Origin: Amphiscolops sp. MND2022 | Taxonomy: Eukaryota | Assembly (NCBI GenBank): GCA_964187785.1 | Contig: OZ076412.1 | Coordinates: 46,686,001-46,750,000, forward strand | Direction: 5' to 3' | DNA length: 64,000 nt | Part shown: positions 34,706 to 45,296 of the stretch, piece after piece | Layout: each line of letters opens with the position of its first letter | Position numbering within the stretch: the stretch's first letter is position 1 | Made by a program: the position numbers and the translations under genes | The notes under the pieces: generated by a model | Told to the model about the DNA's origin: nothing | The model's database searches: none | What the model saw: the letters and a program-made list of their open reading frames with translations, nothing else

Positions 34706-35382
34706 TTAAAAATAATAATCCAAATAAGGAAATAATAAAATAACTAAAAACAATGAAATAACTAAGGTAATAAAATAATGAAAATGCATGTTTCGAAATA
34801 TAACTAATGTGGATTTCCCTGGCAGATTCCATCCACAAAATAATTCTCATAATTGTAAAAATATTTGACATCAAATCCAGTTTGCCACGAACTCCAACTT
34901 TGCAATCACTTTCATCTTCAATTATTAGTTGTTGTATTTTCAAATTCGTATTTATCCATTATTCAGTTCACTCTCAACCTTGTAGTCTCCCAGTCACAGT
35001 TACTTGTATTTATTTGGAGCAGTTTTATACCTCTTTTTGGACTCCCAGTCTACATATCCCAATTGTGTGGAATATTCAGGCGCCGCTTATACTTCCACCC
35101 TTCCTTTGCGGGCACTTCATTTGTGTTTGTGGATTGCAGCTATCTCTTGCAGCCTACCTCCCAGACCATTCTGCCAATTTGAGTTTCCCAAGTAAGTTGT
35201 CTTTTTTGATTTTGAACTGAAATAGGCTTGATCAGGGCTCTCTTCAGATTCACGTACTTACTGTCCAATAAGACGTGTTTTCACAAGTGTTCAAATGTAT
35301 CTACTTCCGGAAGATTTTAATGCGGTAAATGGATTCGTATTCAGGAAGAATTCCGCTAAATTTTATTTCCTTTTATTTAGGA

Positions 35383-36828
35383 ATGACAACTGAAACCCAA
35401 GGCACGTCAGGCGTCACGTCAGAGGATAGCCGCCCAGAAGAATTGGATCAAGCTGTGCCAGGCAGTGTTACTACGGTCAGTGAACCTCGGCCTCCTTCCA
35501 ATTTCTCTGGCTCTAGTGCAGCCACTGAAGAAAGCCTTTCAACTTACGCTGAAAGGACGATGAAGGCTATAATTGCTCGAGACCAACCCGAGACCTCTGG
35601 AATTTCTGCCCTGCTTTCCCCACTAAATGAGCAGACTGAAGGAACCTCTGGAGGAAAAGATGTGGAGCAAAGGCGGCCTGGTACTAGTTCACAAAAAGAT
35701 TCTGAAGAGTTGCAACGCACTGGTGTGGAGAAGACCGTCTTCGGACAGGTAGAACAAGATGATACGAGGATAGTCAGCATTCCAGTCGTTGGTCGCTCGA
35801 TCGATCCCGCGCTGTACTACACTGACACGAGCGGAACTGAGGACTTGTTGGACAGCTCCGGCGTTGGTGGGCCTGTCACTCCCCAATTTAAAAACATCCC
35901 TACCCTCGTCAAAGTTCCTAGACAGAGAGGAGAGTCGACTAGTGAGGGTGAATCCTCCAATGGGCTTCCTGGGCCCAGTGACCAGCAGTCGAAGGCACCA
36001 CGACAATTTTCTGCCAGTGGGCGGACTTTGCTGCGAAAACATTTCGTAGAGAAGGACCCGATTGTGACTCCTCGGAATCACCCCGTCATCGCTCTCACCG
36101 AGAGCCAGATCCACACAGTCATGAAGACTATCTCGGACGAGACCATCTTATCTTCCTTCCACCTTATGAAATCTCTCCTCTTACAGGCCACGTCAGGGAA
36201 GGTCTTGACCAAGGAGAAGTGCAGGCACGTAGGTGGACATGCACCCGGGGGCAGACGAAGTCCCAGTAGCTCAGGAGATGAGACGACCGACGTTGATTCG
36301 CCCAATGAAGGGTACACCAGTGGTGCCTTCAACACCGACGATGAGCCCGGTAGTTTGTCTTTCTGTTTGGAGAAGGAGACTGAAGGACGTGAGTCTCTTA
36401 CCGCAACTTCTGAACAACCCCGCACCATTACAGAGAATCCAGCTGCAAGGCGAGATACATCCATGAGTCCTGGTAGTAACTACAGCATAGGGGATTATGC
36501 CCCATTATCCAGCCTCGTCTCAAAGCCTGGTAAGGCCGTGCAACAAAAGAGTCCCCCTCGTAAGCGTAGGAAATTCATGGGAAAACCGGGTAAAACTATG
36601 AAAGAAGCCTACTTTAAAGGCATCCTTTGGACAAAGACATTCGTCACAGGCCCCCTTGATCCTGCGCATAACCAGTACAAATTCTACTGTAGACTTTGCA
36701 AGAGTAACGTGTCAATTTACTCTAAGGGTGCCAGGGAAATCATAGTTCAGAGACTAACATTGACTTGTCCTATTTTAGCCACAAAGTCTCGAGTGGACAA
36801 TCCTTTCAGACGATCTGTACCCTGCTAG
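35383..36828 (+). CDS. Antisense accessory gene, part 1 (S/T/E/P-rich region, NLS, partial BED/TTF-like zinc finger)
   Basis: 499-codon open frame (35329-36828) with the likely ATG at 35383, 2 nt after acceptor ccttttatttag (35380). Contains PPRKRRK and WTKTF...KFYCRLCKSNVSIYSKGAREII. Confidence 0.7.
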   Translation: MTTETQGTSGVTSEDSRPEELDQAVPGSVTTVSEPRPPSNFSGSSAATEESLSTYAERTMKAIIARDQPETSGISALLSPLNEQTEGTSGGKDVEQRRPGTSSQKDSEELQRTGVEKTVFGQVEQDDTRIVSIPVVGRSIDPALYYTDTSGTEDLLDSSGVGGPVTPQFKNIPTLVKVPRQRGESTSEGESSNGLPGPSDQQSKAPRQFSASGRTLLRKHFVEKDPIVTPRNHPVIALTESQIHTVMKTISDETILSSFHLMKSLLLQATSGKVLTKEKCRHVGGHAPGGRRSPSSSGDETTDVDSPNEGYTSGAFNTDDEPGSLSFCLEKETEGRESLTATSEQPRTITENPAARRDTSMSPGSNYSIGDYAPLSSLVSKPGKAVQQKSPPRKRRKFMGKPGKTMKEAYFKGILWTKTFVTGPLDPAHNQYKFYCRLCKSNVSIYSKGAREIIVQRLTLTCPILATKSRVDNPFRRSVPC

Positions 36829-36987
36829 GCTGGAATTCTTCGGTCGACTGGTCCGGGATTGTAAGTAGCGTTAATAGTCTCCAGCCTGCTTACTTGATTT
36901 ATCTGACGTAATTTCGCAGTTTGTCTCTACTGTATTGGTCTGATAGCTTGACTGTCTTAGTGTCCATTTCTAGATCATTTCTGACAG

Positions 36988-38142
36988 GCTACATTTCAAG
37001 GCAACTCTCTCTGTTTAGATAACAAGTGCTTCAGTCGGAGCATGATGAAACGCAGGGACTCGGGCTTTTTCACTTTCGGAGAGTTGTGTCGTTACCTGCG
37101 GAAACTGTGCAGTCGAGCCATCCTGCCGAAGCATACCCCGGCCGATAATGACTGGTCAGGCTTGTTGCAACTTTCTTTAGATGATTGCCGAGAACTGTCT
37201 TTCCGTGATTTCCTCTCTCGCCTCAAACTGAAGTTCGATTTAGAAGCGGCCTCCGAAGCTAAAGCTAAGAAGGAGAACAGTGGAAAGAAGAACTTGACTG
37301 CCGTCCTTAGCGGGCTCACAGAGGCTGTGAGGGACACGTTCGCCGGTCAAGCACGCAGTTATATCGTGTTTGTAATTGATTCCCTTCTCAAGGACATTCG
37401 GTTGACAGCTGGCATCGTTCGCGGTCTGGGCAGTTTCGACCTCACTGTACTACAAACACAGCCAATGGAGCAGGCCTTATTTTGTTTTCGAGCTTTATTC
37501 CATAGTTTCCAAATTCGAGGATGGGTCCAGGAAAATGAGGAAAGTGAGTACCGGGAGGAATATGTTGAATTCCTCGATCATTTGCGGCATTCCTGTGGGC
37601 CTCTCAGGACTCCCGAATCCGTCCCTGACATGGTCGATTTTTTGATTTCAATGCCAGCCTTACGTAGCAGGCCTCATCTACTGCGTTTGTTCAGACTCAG
37701 CTGTTTATGCCTGACTGAGACTAGTCCTGATCTGCCGCCAATTCGTTTCCAGGGAGCTGATTCCTCTGATCCTAACTGTCGGTTGACCAATATACTTCGA
37801 CCCGCACAGTCTTATTTGGCCGTGGTACCCAATTCCGTGACTTCCTGCGTGACTGAGGCTGCCCTCACTAAGTTTCGTGATCTCGAGATGCGATTTGATT
37901 CTGGAAATGTTCCTGGGGACCCATGGGCTAATGTGGACGCTTTCGGTCAAAGCAAGTACTATAGGGCCTTGTTAACTGCCTTCAAGACACAAGGTAATGA
38001 GGTCAGTGTGAGCAGAGTTATCCGGAGTCGCTCTTCTTCTGTCGTCAACGAAGGCTCCGATTCGACTTTCCGGTCTCCTGGGAAATCCGTTAAGCTGGCT
38101 CGCGATGGAGTTATTCCGCTACAGAAGTTACCAAAACTGTGA
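36988..38142 (+). CDS. Antisense accessory gene, part 2 (helical, hAT-C-terminal-like region)
   Basis: 366 aa ORF from 37042, open upstream to acceptor tttctgacag (36987). EYREEYVEFLDHLR...VDFLISMPALRSRPHLLRLFRLSCLCL resembles the hAT dimerisation region (recollection only). Confidence 0.65.
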   Translation, partial: ATFQGNSLCLDNKCFSRSMMKRRDSGFFTFGELCRYLRKLCSRAILPKHTPADNDWSGLLQLSLDDCRELSFRDFLSRLKLKFDLEAASEAKAKKENSGKKNLTAVLSGLTEAVRDTFAGQARSYIVFVIDSLLKDIRLTAGIVRGLGSFDLTVLQTQPMEQALFCFRALFHSFQIRGWVQENEESEYREEYVEFLDHLRHSCGPLRTPESVPDMVDFLISMPALRSRPHLLRLFRLSCLCLTETSPDLPPIRFQGADSSDPNCRLTNILRPAQSYLAVVPNSVTSCVTEAALTKFRDLEMRFDSGNVPGDPWANVDAFGQSKYYRALLTAFKTQGNEVSVSRVIRSRSSSVVNEGSDSTFRSPGKSVKLARDGVIPLQKLPKL

Positions 38143-38343
38143 AGGAGTTGCAGGGAGGATCCGCTAAGCATTAAATGTACATAAAGTACATTTGTTATTC
38201 TAGACTTTGCATTTGTAAATTTCCAATTCTGTCCTCTTGTTCTAGTATTTATATAGTTAGTTTCTTTTGAGTCAAAAGGTCAGAGTAGTCCCTGTAAAAA
38301 AACATGTCTTCTTGGGCAATAACATAGATAGGGACATAATTTA

Positions 38344-41300
38344 TTATTTCTGACTAGTATCTGTATTCATCAGTATAGTTGGGGTTGGGGTTATGTCGGA
38401 GGTTATATTTCCCCCCCTAGGGCTAGAATTTTCATCAGTTTTTTCATTTGCTTTTTCATTCGATATTCCGGGCACGGTAATATCATCCCCCTCATTAAGA
38501 GAGTTTTTCGCGCCATCTAATTCATTTGTGACGTCATTCACGTTCTTTTCTGAACTAGGTGGTGTATTGCCATCATTGTGGTTATTTCGGCTAGTGGCCG
38601 TTCTCGGCTTTCCTGTTTCGCTGCTTTGTTCATCTCGCGCAGCATTCTTGTTAACGTCATGTTTGTCATGCAATATAGGTGAGTCTCGGCTAGCGGCCGT
38701 ACTCGGTCCCGCTTCATTTTCATTCATTTTGGTTCGTTCATTCAATTCGGTGACGTCATTTGCGTCTCGTGTAATTGTGCCGTCTCGGCTGGTGGCCGTC
38801 CCCGGCCTTACCGCGTTGTCATCAGCGTTGTCATAAATGACGTAATCACTAGTCGTGACACCAGCATCGCTGTCTGGTGTTTGCGATTCTTCGTCCGTAT
38901 TATCGTCTCGTCTCGGCTCGAAGACATGGTAGTCAAAATCTGCTTCCCATGAGATGGTGTATAAATCATCTTGCGGTATGATTATTTCATCATCTGGTTG
39001 CAATTTCTCTTTGGCATCTTTGTCCTCTAAAGACGTGTTAGGAACAAATTTTTTCAGGCGGATTCGGTGTAGTATCTGTGTTTTATTCGTATTTAACCGG
39101 CGGACAATGTAATTGTCGTTAGGTAATACCTTTTCAATTCGATAAGGACCGATCCAGCGATATTCTCTGAATGGTATTTTTGATCCTTGATTGTCCGCTT
39201 TAGGTTGTAGGATAAAGCAAAAATCTTGTTCACTGAGAGGAGCTGCTTTGGCCTTTCGGTCATAGTACTCCTTATATTTCAAGTAGGACTGCATAATGTT
39301 ATGCTTCGTTTTGTCAATGAGAACTTTCGTTCTCTGTTGTAATTCTTCAGCAAATTCAGTAGTCGGGAGGAAATCCTTATTAGGATTATTTCCAAGTTTA
39401 TGATCAAGAACATTATAGGGAATTCTTCCGTGAAAGACCTTGCTCGGTTCACAACCGATGCTGGAATGATAAGTTGTGTTATAATTGAGCACTGCTAGTG
39501 GCAAATATTTGTGCCATTGACGGCGATATTCCCCTGAGGCCATTTTCAAATTTGTTTTCAATGAGGCGTGAGTTCTCTCGAGTTTGCCAATTGTTTGTGG
39601 ATGTTTAGTCGTCGCATATTTTAGGGTTATTCCCAATACTTGCGTTATCTCTGCAATAATTTTTGATGTAAAAGCGGTTCCTTTGTCGGTGATGATCGTA
39701 GTTGCAAATATGAGTGCTTTGTCATGATGTCTATTAAGACCTTTGCCGTGTTAGAGGCTGTTGCCTCAACTAGCGGGTAGGCAAACAGATATCTTGAAAA
39801 GACATCTATTGCTGTCATCACTGTTTGGTAACCTCCGCTTGTTGGCAAGTTTGGGAGTAAATCGATTTGCATTGCGTCCTCTGGTCCAAGGTCCCATTCT
39901 GGCAAGTTAAGCAATTCGGGCGTTATCGTGTTGTTTGGGACCCGTTTATCTTTTGCGCAAGTTACACATCCTTCTACCCATTTTTTAACGTGTTTTGCTA
40001 TACCGGGGTAGTAGTATTTCTGTCGTATTTCTTGTAACATTTTCGATATACCCGGGTGTTTGTGCGCCGTTCCGTGTAAGGCCTGTAACAATTCTGTCAA
40101 AAGGTGTTTTGGTAAGAGAACTTGGTGATACTTGACTTGTCCAGTTTCATCATAATATTGTCGTGTGACTATTTCGTCTTTAAGGACTATTCGGTCCAAG
40201 TTGTTAAGGTAGTGTTTGTATCGGATATCTTGCTGGAGTAGTTCTTCAGAATAGTCTTCGTTCTGAATTTTGGCTTTGAGTTTGCGCAGTATAGGGTCTT
40301 TGGATTGTTCAAGTAAAATTTGATTCGTTCTGCGCATTTTTTGGGTAAAGTTCGTAATTGCATCTACTAAATTTTCAGATATTGCGTCAATTTGAATTAC
40401 GCCTTCTTGGTCGATTGGGTTAGTTCGGCTTTGTTTTTTACGCTCCCAAATTTGAGCTTCTGTCTCATCATCTTGCTCCGTGAAGAAAACCTGTTCCTCT
40501 TCAGCTACGCCTGCCGATTGGACATTGACCTCGATGGGCTTAGTCTCTATGTCTTCTCGGATTTTAAGGACTAGTTTCTCTCTGGGGTCCGTTTCCATGC
40601 GAGATAAGTAGTCAGCTGCTGTGTTGTTTTTCCCTGGTATATGTGCTATGACAAAGTTGAATTGTATTACATAGTCACATGCATTCCAGAGTGTTGGAGG
40701 GATTATCTTCGTCTGGAAGAATCTCGTGACCGATTTGTTGTCCGTTAGGATAGTAATCGGTTTAGGGGCTCCCCAGTAAATATGTCCAAATTCTTTGAAT
40801 GCGTAGTAAATTGCTAAGAATTCCTTTGCGTATATAGACATTTTGAGTTGCGATGGCGTAAACGTTTTTGAGCCATATGCAATTGGAGCGTATGATTTTT
40901 TGACAGATGAATATTTCTGGTTTGGGTCATTCTCGGTAAGTATGGCGTAGCCGGCCGCTGTGAAACTAGCGTCCGTCATCAGGACCAGTTGCTTGTTTGG
41001 CAAGGGTTGCTTCAGGGCCAATTGGCTACATTTGTCGAGGTCCCGATTGATTTCATTGAACTGTTGTATTAGTTCTGTGGTCACCAGGACTTTTTCGTCT
41101 TTTTTGAGAAGTTGAAAGAAAGGAGCTAATTTTTCAGATAATCTTGGGATATAGTTCCTGTAATAATTGAGGAAACCAAGATATCTTTGTAGAGCTTTTT
41201 TAGATTTGGGGAATTTGGTTTTTTCTAGGAAGTTGGTTATTCGCTCCTTTTGTGGTTTGACTCCCTCCGGAGTAATTGTTCTCCCCAAGAAATCGATTTC

Positions 41301-43592
41301 CGTTGCCCCAAAGTGGCATTTGTGCATTGTCAGTTTAAGGCCAGCATGCCTAATGCACTCAAAGGTTGCTTTCAAATTTTTTATGAGATGATCCGCATCA
41401 TTGGCGGCTATGCCAATGTCGTCGACATATTGGGCACATTGATCAGCTTTGATAACTTTATCGAGGTATTCCCTCATAAAACTTGAAAATGCTGATAATG
41501 CCCTGCTAAGGCCCTGGGCAAGTCGTCTATACGCAAAGGTGCGGCTTGCAAAGTTGAACGCAAGCATCTCAACGGACCTTTGGTCCGCCATTGGTAGGCA
41601 GTGATATGCTTGTGAACAGTCGAGTTTACAGAATAGTTTCTTTCCTGCCATATGTTGTGCAGCGTCCGTTAGGGTACTAACCGGATGATTGTTGTTTATA
41701 TAGTCATCCGAAATGAGGTTATTAATTTTCCTCAGGTCGACTAGTAGTCTTAGCTTCCCATTCGGCTTTTTCTGTGCGAATATGGGACTGGCGTATTTCG
41801 AAAATGGCAGTGTAGTTATTATGCCATATTTGTGTAAGAGGGCCAGTTCGACGAGTATGTCCTCTTTTAAATTGACTGGAGTTGGGAGACTTTGGCTGTA
41901 AGCAGGCGAATCGTCCTTAGGGGTCAGTTTGACCGTGAATTCTTCATTCATTCCGATGTCAAATCTGTGTCGTGCGAATATGTCATGGTATTCGACTAAA
42001 AGTGATTCGATCTTTTTGATTTCATGTTGTTGCAGCATGGAGTCTTTCCAGTCGAAATTGCCAAGGAATTTGCGGCGTGACTCATCATCATTCTGAGGAT
42101 TCAGTTGTTCAGCTTCTTGGAGGTTTCGTAATTCTTGAAGAATTCGTCGTTGGATGGGAGTTTGGGAATCTTCGTCCCCTGGGTTTTCTGACGTAGGAAA
42201 CCAGTACTGTTCATATTGGTCATTGTTCCGATTAGCCTTGAGTAGACTACTGACATAGTAGATCGCATCCTCTTCATTTTCATTGAGGAGATGCCATGTG
42301 GACACCGGGTCAATTGGTTTGACGTGTTTCATCTGTTCCGGTGTTAGTACAGAAAAGTTTGCTATGTGTAGTCCCTTTTTAAGCTTGTACGGTTGGTCTG
42401 TGAAATTGTTGATATGAACGTTAACGTTTCCATTAGTCAATGTGACTATTGCGGCACAGAATGTGATGTCGCCTTCTTCATGGAGGACATCACTGGGTTG
42501 CAACACACCTGTGACCGTGTTTTCATTGTAGATTTGGGATTTGATCTCTACTAAGGTACGGTCATTGGGTGGTATTGTGATGTCGTCAGGGTTAAGTATT
42601 GGTTCCAGTACGTTGGAGTATTTATGGTCAGCCGTTTTGAGTTGCATCGAGAAATATGGGAAATTGAGTATGCCTTGTCGCATGTCTAGTACTGTATGAT
42701 TCCTCTGGAGGAACATTAGTCCTATGATAGGGCCAGTCAGTTTTTCCATTACTATAAATATTTCGTGGAATTCAATATCTCCGACTTCGAACTTGAGTTC
42801 AACAGTGCTCTTTGGGGTTTCCAATTGTCCATTTGCGACCATAATTTGAAATGTCGGGGCAGGTCCCTCTTTGACTATGGATTGGGGCGCCAATAGGCGT
42901 ATTTTCCTGAGGTCTGCTTCCGGAATTGCGCTGGAGTGAGCTCCAGTGTCTATGAGGCCGTCTATGGTTAGTTCCCCAAAGTCCATCGGGAAATATAGCA
43001 TCCGTTTTTTGTATTTGAGTCCGAGGTTTGTGGATAATGGTATGTACGCTGGTGCTCCCTCTTTAGTTACAAGGACATGTATGAAGGCTGTCTCGTCGAG
43101 GAGGCCAGGTGTGGCCTGTGTCTCTTCTGCATGTGGCTGATCTTTGATTGCATCAAAATTTGGTTTCCACGGTTCGATAAGTGCCCGGGACAGTATGGTG
43201 TCTACAATGTCAGGGTCATCCTCATCGTCTGTTGGCGGGTAGTCATCATTCCGAAATTGTAAATTGTGTTTATCGTATAAATCATCATCCCAGTACGGGT
43301 CTTTGCCGTACTCGGGGTCGTAGTATTGGGGGTTGTAGTCTTCGACAGTTTGTAAGGGTCGGAATTGGGTTTCTGAGTCTTTAGTAAGGTTATTACGTCG
43401 ATATAGGTATGGGTGGTCACTGTGAAAAAATATATTGAGTTTGAGTACAGGCTTCCACCATCTGCTGCTGCCAGACAGTCGATGGGGTCCCTGTGATGTT
43501 CTTTTGTGATTGCTTATAAGCGATGTTAGCTGGGTCAGATATGACATATTGTCGTATCGACATTTGGTCAGAGATTTGGAGTCGTGGCAAAA
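38344..43592 (-). CDS. pol: Pol of the complex Gypsy (protease, RT, RNase H, integrase, acidic tail) with one frameshift
   Basis: LIDTGA, QYVDD, TDAS...ADYLSR, HKHPG...CVTC, IDLLP/IDVFSR, KLERTH, WIGPY. An apparent 1 bp deletion near 39704 (HSYLPTTIITDKG in the restored frame) splits the 1300 aa and 430 aa ORFs. Confidence 0.95.
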
Positions 43593-45296
43593 TTAGTTTT
43601 TTGATTCAGGTTTTTTGGAATTCGATTGGCCTGATGAGGATGTTGTGGATTTTTCATTCTTGGTGCGAGTGCCTTCGTCTTCAGAGGGCTCCGTGTCTTT
43701 GGAGGAGTCTTGTCTATTTCTTTTTGGACGAAGATGGGCACCAGCGCCACGCCAACATTTCTCTGCTGGGTGATTGGTTTTGCTGCAGGTGGGACATTCT
43801 GGATAAGTTTGTCGTTGAGGCTTCTTGCCGTCTTTGGCCTCTGATTCTTTCTTCTTTTTCAGTTTTGGACAATTTTTCCAGAAGTGGTCCTCTGCCTTGC
43901 AGTATGAGCATTGGTTATTTTTGTTGGTGTCGATGCCATTAGATAGTAAACTTCGGGATTTGTTGGACGACGAAGCCATTGTAGCAATGGGTAGGTCATC
44001 AGATTCTTCTAATGCGTTTAACTCGAGTTCCCGTTCCAGATGTGCCACAATCTCCTCGTAGGTCCCGTTTTCCAGTCGAGCCATATTTACTGATCTTTTG
44101 AGTTTTGGGGGTAATTTAGCATACAAGAGACTGTCGATCATGCTTTTGGCGTTTTCCCCAAAGGCCTTCTCGGCACCCTGGTTGAGTTCCTCAAGAAAAT
44201 CGGGTAGTTTCATCGTGTTGGGATCAAAGATGAGCCTATGCCACTTATGTTTAGCTGTGGCTTGAGACTCGGGTTTGACGTACTTTCTGCGGAATATGAC
44301 CAATACGTCTTCTAATGTTTGACGGTTCATGGAGTTTACATTTCGGAAAGTTTGCAAGGCTCCTTTCCTGAGCAGAGAATGAAAATGGTTTATTTTCATT
44401 TGTTCAGTCATGGCGGGCTGCATCTTTATCATTGTATGAAATAAGTCTTCAAACAATTCAAATTTCTCTGTTTTGCCGTCAAATGTCATGGGGTTCGTCG
44501 TGACTGGTCTAATTGTCATCGAGTGTGGTTTATTTTGGAGGTTTACCAGGACATCTGCCAATCGGTTGATAGGGTCTTGTGGCTGTTCTGCCGGAGCAGG
44601 CTCCGCTATTGGCAGAGTTGTATCCAGAGTTGTATCATGAGTGGATTCTTGTCTTTGGAGGTCTGGCTGAGAGTGAATTCGTCCTGTGAGGAATTCAGGA
44701 ATCGGCTGTTGGAGTTCGGTAGCTCCTGTCACCATGTAAGGAGTAACGTCCGGATGTTCTCTCAGGTCACAAGCGGACCTTAAGTCCTTCTTTGTCAATC
44801 TTGTATTTGTGTTCTCCCATGCGCTTCTGACTCCATCCTCATTTAAGGACGTACCCGGCTCAACGCCATGTTGACCCAAAGGCAAATTTTCTACCATATT
44901 CTGTATTTCCGGAATAATTCTCTCACTTATAGCGGAACTAATGGCCCTGGTAATCTGTGATTGCATTAGGTCCATCATAGCCTCCATCTCGCGCGACATC
45001 CTAGCATTCATTTCACCAGATAGTGTATTGATAGACTCTATCAGTCTACTTTCCCTAACGGGTTCGTTTCTACTATCGATGTCTCTAATCTCATTTTCTT
45101 GAGATGAATTTTCTCTGTTTGGAAAGGACTGAAAGTCTCGCTGTCCCTCAGGGACATTAATTAAGCTATCAAGTTCTCTTTCTATAGAGTTGGAACTTCT
45201 CCCACCTAGCATCACGTCCATGTTGCCGTAGTCGGACAACATATCTAATTCTCTAGATTTTCTAGACTTGGCCTTTTGTCTCCTCGTAGAAGGCAT
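43593..45296 (-). CDS. gag: Gag (567 aa) of the complex Gypsy, starting inside the 5' LTR
   Basis: Retrotransposon gag core (FDGKTEKFELFEDLF...) and two CX2CX4HX4C knuckles (CSYCKAEDHFWKNC, CPTCSKTNHPAEKC). Confidence 0.93.
   Translation of the reverse strand: MPSTRRQKAKSRKSRELDMLSDYGNMDVMLGGRSSNSIERELDSLINVPEGQRDFQSFPNRENSSQENEIRDIDSRNEPVRESRLIESINTLSGEMNARMSREMEAMMDLMQSQITRAISSAISERIIPEIQNMVENLPLGQHGVEPGTSLNEDGVRSAWENTNTRLTKKDLRSACDLREHPDVTPYMVTGATELQQPIPEFLTGRIHSQPDLQRQESTHDTTLDTTLPIAEPAPAEQPQDPINRLADVLVNLQNKPHSMTIRPVTTNPMTFDGKTEKFELFEDLFHTMIKMQPAMTEQMKINHFHSLLRKGALQTFRNVNSMNRQTLEDVLVIFRRKYVKPESQATAKHKWHRLIFDPNTMKLPDFLEELNQGAEKAFGENAKSMIDSLLYAKLPPKLKRSVNMARLENGTYEEIVAHLERELELNALEESDDLPIATMASSSNKSRSLLSNGIDTNKNNQCSYCKAEDHFWKNCPKLKKKKESEAKDGKKPQRQTYPECPTCSKTNHPAEKCWRGAGAHLRPKRNRQDSSKDTEPSEDEGTRTKNEKSTTSSSGQSNSKKPESKN

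Noticed and set aside
33496-38343. env gene in the accessory region
   Set aside because: No signal peptide, transmembrane helix or furin/fusion motif in any ORF, and the largest ORFs are antisense.
42330-42600. dUTPase between protease and RT
   Set aside because: Only a beta-rich linker common in animal Gypsy pol; the five dUTPase motifs are not recognisable.
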